Below, one piece after another: positions 26,201 to 33,941 of a DNA stretch of 38,960 nucleotides. The DNA is taken from positions 1-38,960 of the forward strand of contig CAIMOB010000038.1 of assembly GCA_903842985.1 (NCBI GenBank), given 5' to 3'. Within the stretch, counting starts at the first letter, position 1; each line of letters opens with the position of its first letter. Made by a program: the position numbers and the translations under genes. The notes under the pieces were generated by a model. That model was not told the origin of the DNA. It did no database searches and worked only from the letters and a program-made list of their open reading frames with translations. This stretch comes from an uncultured archaeon (GTDB lineage: Archaea; Nanobdellota; Nanobdellia; Woesearchaeales; CAIVOO01).

Positions 26201-28518
26201 GCGCCTGCGAGGATTGTGCCTCCAAATGGCGGGTTGGTTGTTGAAGCCACATAACGCCATTGAGCGCCGTCGTATTCCCAAACCTGTGTATTCGTCGGCC
26301 CGAAAAGCTTTACCACATTTTTATCGCTGTCAAAAATCATCAAGTACGGATCGCTGGAGCCGGGCGGGATTTGGTTTGCACTGCTGATTTCTGTGCAGGT
26401 TCTTGCGGGAATGTCGCATTCAATTGTCCTGCTCATGTTAACGCCAGATCCGCTTCTGTCATAATAAAATGCAACAACCCTGTCCCTTTTGCTGTCATAG
26501 GTCCAGTCCCTTGAATTCCAAGCATGGTGGCACATGATTGTGGTGTTTCCTATTCCGCTGACATTAATTTCCTGCCATGCATGTGTTGCAGGATCATATT
26601 CCCAGGAACCATCGATGCAGTATGAGCCTGCAACTCCTGTATTCATTCCGCCGAGAAGGACAACCTTGTTCCTGTTGCGGTCAAAATACATTGTAGAGAT
26701 TCTTGGCGACGGCCTACTGCCTGTGGTGGTTATTTTCTGCCAGGAATACCGAGTTGTCATTGGAATGGCTGTTTCCTTCAGCGAGAATTCCCAAGTTATA
26801 ATACCAAAATAAATGATGCCAACCTCTCTTACTGGGTCATAAACAACAGGCGCCTGTATCGGATAAAATACTGCATTTACTAAACCGCCGGTGGTGCCGT
26901 TATAAACCGCAAGCGCTCCGCCCATGTGAATTATTATCTGGTCAAGCGAAGAATCATAAGCCAGCCTTGCCCCGCAGCTGCCGCTGCTTCCGCCAAAAGA
27001 AAGCTGCGTCCAGGTGGTATTGTTGGGGTTGTATTCCCATCCATTTTCACCATCGAAAAAAATCCTGTCCCTTGAAGGATAATAAACCATATGAGGCAAA
27101 TCACTTCCCCAGCATTCGTTTGGGGCATTTGTTGTTGTTATTTTCTGCCAGTTGGTGCCGTCGTATTCCCATGTATCATTAAAATTGGCGCTTCCGTTGT
27201 ATCCGCCAAACAGCACAATCCTATTTCTTGAACTGTCAAAAGTCATTGCAACAACTTTTCTTGGCTCAGGTGCGTTTGCTGTGGTTATTTTCTGCCAGTT
27301 GGTGCCGTCGTATTCCCAGGTGTCGTTGTAATACAATGTGTTGTATCCGCTACTGTTATAATACGAACCGCCGAATAATACAACCTTGTTTCTTGAACTA
27401 TCATAAGCCATTGCATAATTTGCCCTTGGCGAAGGTGCGTTTGCTGTATTGATTTTTTCCCAACTTGTCTTTGATTTTGTGCCTGCATATTCCAAATAAG
27501 GCGGGCTTGTTGCACCTGACACCAATGACAGGGGATTCTGCCAGGTGTAGTCGCTTCCTGCGCCGTTTGCCTGCCAGGCATTCGCATCAAAGTAAACGCA
27601 ATCAGCAGATAATCCGCTTAATGCAAAAAAGTTTTCAACAGCTGTGCAATTGCTGGCAAAAGAGCTGTATAAATAAACAGTTGCATAAGCGCCTGAACTA
27701 TTTATCAGCGCAACTGAAATATTCTCTGTGCCTGACAAGTCCACAGTACTGTTGTCCGCAGTTATTTCTGGGGATCCAAGAAGATAATTGCTTATAACGT
27801 ACCCAACAGAAATATAGTCCCTGCCGCCGTAGACCAGCGGAGCATAAGAAGCATGGTAATAAGGATAAGGCGCTGGCTCCAGATACTCCCACGTGTCGTT
27901 CAAATAAATATCCTGATATGAAGGACTTACCTTGCCTCCAAAAATAACAGACCTTTGCCTGCTGCTGTCATACACCATTGAGAAAGCGCTCCTTGTGCTC
28001 TGCGAAGTTTCAGGTGTCGGGCTGTTTACAGGGGTTACCCAGCCCAATCCCCGCTGATTTGTCATGTAATCAGAATAATTCAGAAGCAATGTCACTTCCT
28101 TTGTTGTTGTCATCCCATCATTGTTCTCATCGAATATTGCTATGGAGGCGTTCGGCGGCGTATTGTCAAGAATAACATTTGTCTCTGCTGTGGATAAGTT
28201 TGCGCCTGCTGACACGTTTGTTGTTATTGTCAGATTTTCGTTTTCTGTTGAAGTGACTAATATGCTTCCTTCATAGACAGCATCATTGTTCGGGTCTGTA
28301 AGATTGAGCGTGGGTGTGCCTGCATTGATTTTGAATGTGTTAACTGTGACATTCAAACCAAGAGTTTGTGCCGCATATTTGAAATTTAATGTGGTGCCGT
28401 TGCTGACGTATGGCGGCGTTGCTGTAAATACTCCGAATGTTGCAGCAAACACAGCAGGCAGTGCTATCAGAACTAAAGCTATCACCAAGCCAAGCCTTGC
28501 CTTTTTACTTATTGCCAA
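23263..28518 (-). CDS. Large secreted Kelch-repeat / Ig-FN3-like surface protein (putative pilus adhesin), 1751 aa
   Basis: Signal peptide (PAVFA); ~17-18 Kelch-like repeats (YDSSRNKVVLFGG...NDTWEYDGTNW); Ig-like segments (GYKTVYYQVRDQAGN, SDGIKIDTIPP, HFKTLDNAGN); TTG start with GGTG SD. Confidence 0.85.
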   Translation of the reverse strand: MAISKKARLGLVIALVLIALPAVFAATFGVFTATPPYVSNGTTLNFKYAAQTLGLNVTVNTFKINAGTPTLNLTDPNNDAVYEGSILVTSTENENLTITTNVSAGANLSTAETNVILDNTPPNASIAIFDENNDGMTTTKEVTLLLNYSDYMTNQRGLGWVTPVNSPTPETSQSTRSAFSMVYDSSRQRSVIFGGKVSPSYQDIYLNDTWEYLEPAPYPYYHASYAPLVYGGRDYISVGYVISNYLLGSPEITADNSTVDLSGTENISVALINSSGAYATVYLYSSFASNCTAVENFFALSGLSADCVYFDANAWQANGAGSDYTWQNPLSLVSGATSPPYLEYAGTKSKTSWEKINTANAPSPRANYAMAYDSSRNKVVLFGGSYYNSSGYNTLYYNDTWEYDGTNWQKITTANAPEPRKVVAMTFDSSRNRIVLFGGYNGSANFNDTWEYDGTNWQKITTTNAPNECWGSDLPHMVYYPSRDRIFFDGENGWEYNPNNTTWTQLSFGGSSGSCGARLAYDSSLDQIIIHMGGALAVYNGTTGGLVNAVFYPIQAPVVYDPVREVGIIYFGIITWEFSLKETAIPMTTRYSWQKITTTGSRPSPRISTMYFDRNRNKVVLLGGMNTGVAGSYCIDGSWEYDPATHAWQEINVSGIGNTTIMCHHAWNSRDWTYDSKRDRVVAFYYDRSGSGVNMSRTIECDIPARTCTEISSANQIPPGSSDPYLMIFDSDKNVVKLFGPTNTQVWEYDGAQWRYVASTTNPPFGGTILAGADYIPSINGILFFGGIGWIYFPSLTYKYTDHWALVNTVNNPLPRVRPSLLYDSIRHRAVMFGGGDYGPMTYFDTWEFYDTTWEPASTVGSPPVNPGPYGSVFDPVRNKIILFGGTNASSSIIYNDTWEASITTGNFGTYTSPTGGTMQMSNIGGIKIEIPVKDCRYRNEVGEWTEWVPCMPTMAWVLSGGYGYKTVYYQVRDQAGNIAEDSDTIYYSVNGTAPQINATLAVYDEGDWSNHNSSLYAHWITNLAGNFTYSYRIKDVTASSYIRGWTGVSSAMFVNATGLALTNNHNYTFEVKMYNGSGDYSWENISTIGAPDKRTNQGMVYDSNRNRIIVFGGYTTGAGFKNDTWEYNPATSTWTEITTTSAPEEGSSYGMAYDSSRGKVVLYGGQDISQESLNETWEYSPAARTWTKISTSTNPPRLNGPAMTYDSSRGKIVMFGGCMNVSLSPFVLSCSDQTWEYDGINWVNVSTATSPPNRYCDNGMEFDSSRNKVVLFGGINKTGGSANFFSDTWEFNGTDWKKINLASPAARYSQSTAFDSSTGNVVIFGGLISSGNTVNDTWLFDGTSWTQLNPANGPLGRYQQGMVFDSSRNKIVMFGGYNNPTSTRFNDTWELSTDITEIASDLSDGIKIDTIPPTITLTSSTHPNQNLTYYSTAVSFSWTASDTPSGIYGFSYLIDSNPTTMPDNAIELPASSTGMTITAPSGTSWFHFKTLDNAGNYVVRHYKLTIVAAGAVNVMLYPHESPTKKDLIDLKGTISQNVTNMTLFVNGIASNVSVELKLVDLEFEFNNVSIPAGINSIYAVAYINGSAVGTSNTIYVKRISKTRVDVTELTIECSGCSVSNSRIVYGTSSDAIPGTSRYPKYGAGTNTGGTPVAGGKVTGAVDSDTFIFVTKPEAPLSERNKLLEDRTLFDKISPSMGFDLNPDEYQLNILLNYADLLISGKDYVQEGKYTLVIKNNGLANGVPNVSIEII
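27137..27318. repeat. Identical 35-bp direct repeat (27137-27171 and 27284-27318) in adjacent Kelch blades
   Basis: GTTATTTTCTGCCAGTTGGTGCCGTCGTATTCCCA occurs twice, 147 bp (49 codons) apart. Confidence 0.9.
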
Positions 28519-28558
28519 TTCCTAAACACCTTTTTTGTTTTTTATATCCTATTTCAAT

Positions 28559-28738
28559 TTAAACCTTTTTATTTTTCTCTGATAAGTCTGACCTCAATTC
28601 TTTCATCGCAAGCAGCTCTCTTCTTATGCCTGCTCTTATTATGTCTGTGATATTAGTATAAAGTCCAGAAGCTATTGCTTTTTCTATCTCAATATAGAGT
28701 TCTTCAGGTACTGTGATTGTTGTTTTCCTAAATTTCAT
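28559..28738 (-). CDS. Ribbon-helix-helix (CopG/Arc/MetJ) transcriptional regulator
   Basis: KTTITVPEELYIEIEKAIASGLYTNITDIIRAGIRREL; ATG 28738. Confidence 0.85.
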   Translation of the reverse strand: MKFRKTTITVPEELYIEIEKAIASGLYTNITDIIRAGIRRELLAMKELRSDLSEKNKKV

Positions 28739-28782
28739 ATTCAATACATTCTAAGTAAGTTTTGAGTATGTATTGAATACAT
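28738..28782. promoter_or_regulatory. Putative RHH operator
   Basis: Palindrome ATGTATT-G-AATACAT (28768-28782) plus 12-bp inverted copy TATTCAATACAT (28738-28749), between a minus-strand TTAAATA box and the start codon. Confidence 0.5.
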
Positions 28783-28864
28783 CTATTTAAGCTTTTTCAT
28801 TAAAAAGATTATTTACAATATTAAAACAAATAATTTTATATATACTAGTATATTAACGCAGTAT

Positions 28865-29404
28865 ATGGAAGCAACGCAATGCATATTCTGCAACCTCGCA
28901 ACAGGGCAGATGCCTTCTAAAAAAATATATGAGGATGAATTAATTACTGCAATACTTGACATATATCCGGCGAACCCTGCGCACCTTCTTGTTATGCCGA
29001 AAGAGCACAAAGCAATATTTGCACAGCTCCCGAAAGCAACAGCTGAGAGATTCGGGCTTGTTGCAAAAAAACTTTCTGAGCTGATTTTCAGGGTGTTGAG
29101 GCCTGAAGGGCTGAACATTTTCATAGCAAACGGCGCAATCGCAGGGCAGAAGGCGCCTCATTTCATAATGCATGTAATTCCGAGGTTCCAGGGCGACGGG
29201 ATAAATTTTGAGATTGCCGAGAAAGAGGCAAAAATAGATGACGTCGATGCGCTCTGCAGCAAACTAAGAAAGGATGTTTTGAATTATTTTCCTGAACAGA
29301 AGTTTGAAGAAGAAAAAGAGGAGAAAAGCGTCGAGCAAAGGCTTGAAGAAAGAAAGAAGCCAAAAAATATAGACCTCGACAGGATAACAAAGATGTTCGA
29401 ATGA
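28865..29404 (+). CDS. HIT-family protein, degenerate motif
   Basis: CIFC, IYEDE..AILDIYPANPAHLLVMPKEH, AGQKAPHFIMHVIPR. Confidence 0.88.
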   Translation: MEATQCIFCNLATGQMPSKKIYEDELITAILDIYPANPAHLLVMPKEHKAIFAQLPKATAERFGLVAKKLSELIFRVLRPEGLNIFIANGAIAGQKAPHFIMHVIPRFQGDGINFEIAEKEAKIDDVDALCSKLRKDVLNYFPEQKFEEEKEEKSVEQRLEERKKPKNIDLDRITKMFE

Positions 29405-29901
29405 CATGCCTGATATGCAGTTTAATCGAGAAGAAACAGAAAAAGATTTACGAGGACGATGAGATCATCGCCTTCCTCAACCCGACGCCTGCAGTGCACG
29501 GGCACACGCTTGTTGCGCCGAAGAGGCACCTGCAGATAATAACACAGCTCGAAGACAAAACAGTTGAAAAAATGTTTTTCGTGAGCCAGCAGCTCTCTTC
29601 GCTGCTCTATGACGCAGTCGGCGCAGAAGGCACAAACATCATAGTGCAGAACGGCGTTGTCGCCGGGCAAAAGCACGCCCACTTCCTCATCAACATCATC
29701 CCGAGGTCAAAGGACGACGGGATGAGCTTTGAGTGGGCGCAGAAGCAGATACCTGAAGACAACATGAACAAGATTCAGGAGGCGCTCCAAGCAACAGAAG
29801 CAAAAGAGGAAAAAAAGGAAGCAGTTGCCGAAGAAAAAAAGAAAGAAGAGCCAAAGGGAGCGGATGATTATTTAATTAAACAGCTAAGAAGACTGCCATA
29901 A
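29401..29901 (+). CDS. HIT-family protein, degenerate motif
   Basis: CLIC, IYEDDE..AFL, GHTLVAPKRH, AGQKHAHFLINIIPR. Confidence 0.88.
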   Translation: MTCLICSLIEKKQKKIYEDDEIIAFLNPTPAVHGHTLVAPKRHLQIITQLEDKTVEKMFFVSQQLSSLLYDAVGAEGTNIIVQNGVVAGQKHAHFLINIIPRSKDDGMSFEWAQKQIPEDNMNKIQEALQATEAKEEKKEAVAEEKKKEEPKGADDYLIKQLRRLP

Positions 29902-29929
29902 TCCAAAAAAAACCAAAAGAGGTGCAAAA

Positions 29930-30079
29930 ATGCCAACAGCAAGATGCATGAAATGCAAGAAGCAGGTAGACATAAAGGACGCCAAGGAAGTCATCAGCAA
30001 GAACAAGATGAAAATGTGCAAAGGCGTCTGCCCAAAATGCGGCACAAAAGTCTGCAGAATACTTGGAAAGGTTAAGTAA
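29930..30079 (+). CDS. Small basic Zn-ribbon protein (DUF5679-like), 49 aa
   Basis: MPTARCMKCKKQVDIKDAKEVISKNKMKMCKGVCPKCGTKVCRILGKVK; GAGGTG SD. Confidence 0.8.
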   Translation: MPTARCMKCKKQVDIKDAKEVISKNKMKMCKGVCPKCGTKVCRILGKVK

Positions 30080-30147
30080 ATTTTTGCGGTGAGAACTGCG
30101 GCCATGCTTTTGCTAGGTCGCAAATCGCACTATTTTAAACAGCAATG

Positions 30148-30255
30148 TTTATAAATAACCTCCTTTCCCCAGATGTAAAGCCTATGACTAATGAGGACAA
30201 ATGTTCGAATGAGGCGAAATGTTCTCGATTAAGGCATACTTAAGAGGTAGCTAAA
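30148..30255 (+). promoter_or_regulatory. Promoter (TTTATAAATA) and structured 5'UTR of rpl7ae, candidate K-turn
   Basis: TATA at 30148-30157; duplicated AATGAGGnnAAATGTTC; GA-flanked stems; GAGGT SD. Confidence 0.5.
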
Positions 30256-30594
30256 ATGGCAGAAAAAGACATCATTGAAAAGGCTCTTGAAGCAATCGAA
30301 ATAGCCAGGAACACCGGAAAGATAAAGAAAGGCACGAATGAGGTTACAAAGGCTGTTGAGAAGGGACTTGCAAAGCTTGTTGCAGTTGCAAAGGATGTAA
30401 GCCCTCCTGAGATTGTTATGCACCTGCCTCTGCTTTGCCAGGAAAAAGGAGTTCCCTATGTCGAAGTTCCGACAAAGGAAGAGCTTGGCGTTGCAGCAGG
30501 GATAACTGTTTCGACAGTGAGTGTTGCAGTTGTCCAGGAAGGCGATGCGAAGAACCTTATCAAGGAAATAAACAACGCTTTGAAAAAAGGATAA
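30256..30594 (+). CDS. rpl7ae: 50S ribosomal protein eL8 (L7Ae)
   Basis: [44 protein letters not shown]. Confidence 0.97.
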   Translation: MAEKDIIEKALEAIEIARNTGKIKKGTNEVTKAVEKGLAKLVAVAKDVSPPEIVMHLPLLCQEKGVPYVEVPTKEELGVAAGITVSTVSVAVVQEGDAKNLIKEINNALKKG

Positions 30595-30651
30595 AAATGG
30601 GCAGCGCAAATTTAAAATTTGCTGGTCCGTTTTATTTCCAGAGGACATAAA

Positions 30652-30930
30652 ATGGGAGAACAAAGAAGAAAGGATAATGCGGGAGAGGACACTAGAAAGT
30701 TTGCCACAGAGACAAGAAGCAGCGATGCAGTTCCTGCAAGAGTCGAAGAAGTAATAGGAATGACAGGAACAAGAGGCGAGGCAATTCAGGTGAGATGCAA
30801 AGTCCTTGACGGAAGGGACGCAAACAAAATCCTGAGAAGAAACGTAAAAGGGCCTATCAAAGTTGGCGATATCTTGATGCTTAGGGAAACGGAATTCGAG
30901 GCAAGGCCTCTAACAGGAGGAAGAAGATGA
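30652..30930 (+). CDS. rps28e: 30S ribosomal protein eS28
   Basis: PARVEEVIGMTGTRGEAIQVRCKVLDGRD..KILRRNVKGPIKVGDILMLRETE. Confidence 0.95.
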   Translation: MGEQRRKDNAGEDTRKFATETRSSDAVPARVEEVIGMTGTRGEAIQVRCKVLDGRDANKILRRNVKGPIKVGDILMLRETEFEARPLTGGRR

Positions 30931-31097
30931 GCAAATGCGATTTCTGCAAGCGCGAGCTGACACCCGGCACAGGGAAAATGCTCGTGAAAAATGACGGCAA
31001 GGTGCTTTATTTCTGCTCAAACAAGTGCCAGAAGAATCTCATCAAGCTGAGAAGAACTCCTCACGCTGTCAAGTGGGTCACAAAGAAGGTGAAATAA
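30927..31097 (+). CDS. rpl24e: 50S ribosomal protein eL24
   Basis: Manual translation MSKCDFCKRELTPGTGKMLVKNDGKVLYFCSNKCQKNLIKLRRTPHAVKWVTKKVK; conserved L7Ae-S28e-L24e-ndk order. Confidence 0.95.
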   Translation: MSKCDFCKRELTPGTGKMLVKNDGKVLYFCSNKCQKNLIKLRRTPHAVKWVTKKVK

Positions 31098-31100
31098 ATA

Positions 31101-31682
31101 ATGATTGAAAGGACGCTTGTTCTTGTAAAGCCAGATGGTGTTCAGAGGGGACTGGTCGGCGAAGTGATTTCAAGGATTGAAAGATGCGGGCTGAAAATAA
31201 TCGGCCTGAAGATGGTTTATGCCGATGAAAAAACTGCAGGCGAGCACTACGCAGACGACGAAGCGTGGATGAAAAGCACAGGCGAGAAGGCGATTGCAAA
31301 TGCGCTGAAAGAGGGAAGGCCTGTGAAGGAAACGGCGCTGGAAATCGGCAAGAGGGTAAGGCGGGCATTAATCGCATTCATATCAATGTCGCCGACAGTG
31401 GCGATTGCAGTTGAAGGGCACAGGGCTGTGCCGAAGATAAGGTCGCTTATCGGGGATACGAATCCGCAGAACGCAGCTCCGGGAACAATAAGGGGCGACT
31501 TCACAATTGATTCTTATTATTTGTCAGACAATTCAGGAAGACCAATACAGAACATAGTCCATGCTTCCGGAACAAAGGACGAGGGACTGAGGGAAATAAA
31601 TGTCTGGTTCAATGAAAATGAACTTCATCCCTACAAAAGAATAGAAGAAGATTTGATTTACAGAAGAGCTAACGAGGTATAA
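31101..31682 (+). CDS. ndk: Nucleoside diphosphate kinase
   Basis: ERTLVLVKPDGVQRGLVGEVI, PGTIRGDF, NIVHAS. Confidence 0.95.
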   Translation: MIERTLVLVKPDGVQRGLVGEVISRIERCGLKIIGLKMVYADEKTAGEHYADDEAWMKSTGEKAIANALKEGRPVKETALEIGKRVRRALIAFISMSPTVAIAVEGHRAVPKIRSLIGDTNPQNAAPGTIRGDFTIDSYYLSDNSGRPIQNIVHASGTKDEGLREINVWFNENELHPYKRIEEDLIYRRANEV

Positions 31683-31683
31683 A

Positions 31684-33864
31684 ATGGCAGAAAAAATGGT
31701 TGACAAGGTCATGAGGATTATGGGCAATAAGAAGAATATCAGAAACATCTGCACCTCTGCCCACATCGACCACGGAAAGACAACATTTTCAGACAATCTT
31801 CTATACGGCGCCGGAATGATGTCAGAGGCGCTTGCCGGAAAGGCGTGCGTTCTTGATTTTCACGAAGACGAGCAGGCAAGGGGAATAACAATTGACGCTG
31901 CAAACGTCTCAATGGTCCACGAGTGCGAAGGAGAGGAGTATTTAATTAACTTGATCGACACGCCCGGGCACGTTGATTTCGGCGGGGACGTAACAAGAGC
32001 CATGAGAGCTTGCGACGGCACAATTGTCCTGTGCTGTGCTGTTGAAGGTGTCATGCCGCAGACAGAAACTGTGCTGAGGCAGGCGCTGAGAGAAAGAGTA
32101 AAGCCGGTTCTTTTCATAAACAAAGTTGACAGGCTAATCAAGGAATTGCAGCTTACGCCTGAAGCTATGCAGGAAAGGTTTCTCAAGATAATAGAATTCG
32201 TGAACAGGCTGATAAAGCAGATTGCTGAGGAGGAGTACGGGGAAAAATGGGCAATCAATGTCAATGAAGGAAGCGTTGCATTCGGCTCAGCTGCCCACAA
32301 GTGGGCATTGTCTATCCCTTACATGAAAAAAACAGGTGTCACATTCAAGGATGTCATTGAAGTTTACAGCAAGGGCGGGGACGAGTCGTCTGTCAAGGCG
32401 CTCGCGCAAAAGGCGCCGCTGCATAAGGTTATTCTTGACATGTCGATAAAGCACCATCCAAATCCAATGGATGCGCAGAAATACAGGATTCCAAAAATCT
32501 GGAAGGGCGAGATTGAAGGCACGCAGGGTCAGGCGCTGGTTAACTGCGACGAAAAAGGCCCGCTTGCTTTTGTTGTCACAAAAATTGTTGTTGACCCCCA
32601 TGCAGGCGAAGTAAGCGCAGGAAGATTATTTTCAGGGACAGTCAAGAAAGGCGATACTGTCTACATGAACAGGGCAAAGCAGAATGTGAGAGTCCAGCAG
32701 GTTTCTATTTACAACGGGGCGAAGAGGGAGCTTATTGATGCCGCACCTTCAGGAAACATAATTGGGATTGTGGGATTGAAAGACTGTTTGCCTGGCGAAA
32801 CAATAACTGCAGAGCCTTCAACTCCGTTCGAGCAGATAACTTATATTTTCGAGCCTGTTGTCACAAAGGCAATTGAAGCTAAAAATCCAGCTGACCTGCC
32901 GAAGCTTGTAGAGGTTTTGAGGCAGGTTCACAAGGAAGACCCGACAATAAAGATCGAAATCAATGAAGAAACGGGCGAGCACCTGATGCACGGCATGGGC
33001 GAGCTTCATCTTGAAGTCATAGAAAACAGGATAAGGACAGAGAAAAAAGTTGATGTGCAGACAAGCCCGCCGATTGTTGTTTACAGGGAAACAATTGTGG
33101 GCACGACTCCGCAGGCAGCAGAGGGAAAGTCCCCGAACAAGCACAACAAATTCTATTTCACAGTCGAGCCTGTTGATGAAAGAATTACAGAAGCCATCAA
33201 GAAAGGCGACATACCAAATGCAAGGCTGAAGAAAAAAGAGCAGGAACTATGGGAAGTTCTTGAAAAGGCAGGAATGAAAACCATTGAATCAAGGGCAGTC
33301 AGGGAGGTCTTTAACGGAAATCTCCTGCTTGACAAGACAAAGGGAGAGGTTCACATCGGCGAAGTCATTGAGCTTGTCATGGACGGCTTTGAGCAGGTGA
33401 TGGAAAAAGGCTCGTTGGCAAGGGAGCCATGCATGAAAGTAAAAGTCAATCTGCTTGACATCAAGCTTCACGAGGACGCAATTCACAGGGGGCCGGCGCA
33501 GGTCCTTCCGGCGGTAAGGGACGGAATAAGAGAGGCGATTTTCAATGCAAAGCCATTGATGCTCGAGCCGGTGCAGGTGCTTGACTTTGAAGCGCCGATA
33601 GATTTCATGGGAAATGTTTCAAAACTAATACAAAACAAAAGAGGACAGCTGCTTGATGCACAGCAGGAAGGCGAGATGATAAAGATAAAGGCAAAGATGC
33701 CTGTTGCAGAGATGTTCGGCATGACTTCTGAATTAAGGTCTGCAACAGAAGGCAGGGCAACATTCTTCCTGGTAGACCAGGCATTTGAAAGGCTGCCTGA
33801 TGAACTGCAGGGAAAGATAATCCAGCAGATAAGGACAAGAAAAGGGCTGACTGGGAACCAGTAA
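31684..33864 (+). CDS. fusA: Elongation factor 2 (aEF-2)
   Basis: AHIDHGKTT, RGITI, DTPGHVDFGGDVTRAMRA, INKVD, diphthamide loop HEDAIHRGPAQ. Confidence 0.97.
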   Translation: MAEKMVDKVMRIMGNKKNIRNICTSAHIDHGKTTFSDNLLYGAGMMSEALAGKACVLDFHEDEQARGITIDAANVSMVHECEGEEYLINLIDTPGHVDFGGDVTRAMRACDGTIVLCCAVEGVMPQTETVLRQALRERVKPVLFINKVDRLIKELQLTPEAMQERFLKIIEFVNRLIKQIAEEEYGEKWAINVNEGSVAFGSAAHKWALSIPYMKKTGVTFKDVIEVYSKGGDESSVKALAQKAPLHKVILDMSIKHHPNPMDAQKYRIPKIWKGEIEGTQGQALVNCDEKGPLAFVVTKIVVDPHAGEVSAGRLFSGTVKKGDTVYMNRAKQNVRVQQVSIYNGAKRELIDAAPSGNIIGIVGLKDCLPGETITAEPSTPFEQITYIFEPVVTKAIEAKNPADLPKLVEVLRQVHKEDPTIKIEINEETGEHLMHGMGELHLEVIENRIRTEKKVDVQTSPPIVVYRETIVGTTPQAAEGKSPNKHNKFYFTVEPVDERITEAIKKGDIPNARLKKKEQELWEVLEKAGMKTIESRAVREVFNGNLLLDKTKGEVHIGEVIELVMDGFEQVMEKGSLAREPCMKVKVNLLDIKLHEDAIHRGPAQVLPAVRDGIREAIFNAKPLMLEPVQVLDFEAPIDFMGNVSKLIQNKRGQLLDAQQEGEMIKIKAKMPVAEMFGMTSELRSATEGRATFFLVDQAFERLPDELQGKIIQQIRTRKGLTGNQ

Positions 33865-33941
33865 TTATTTTTATTAATTTTTTATTAAATTCTTCCGGCA
33901 AAGAAAGTCATGAATACTGGCAATAAATAAAAAAGGTAATT

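Noticed and set aside
24340..28050. Periodic DNA similarity suggesting a CRISPR array or DGR template/variable repeats
   Set aside because: The repeats are in-frame Kelch blades. There is no repeat-spacer pattern, no adenine-specific mismatch pattern, and no reverse transcriptase or cas gene in the window.
29884..30123. Minus-strand 79-aa ORF
   Set aside because: Antisense shadow of the plus-strand DUF5679-like gene, which has an SD and CxxC motifs.
33465..33500. Possible loss of the diphthamide site in EF-2
   Set aside because: HEDAIHRGPAQ is canonical.
33865..33941. AT-rich stretch between fusA and the M50 gene as an ncRNA
   Set aside because: T-tracts on both strands are adequately explained as convergent archaeal termination signals.
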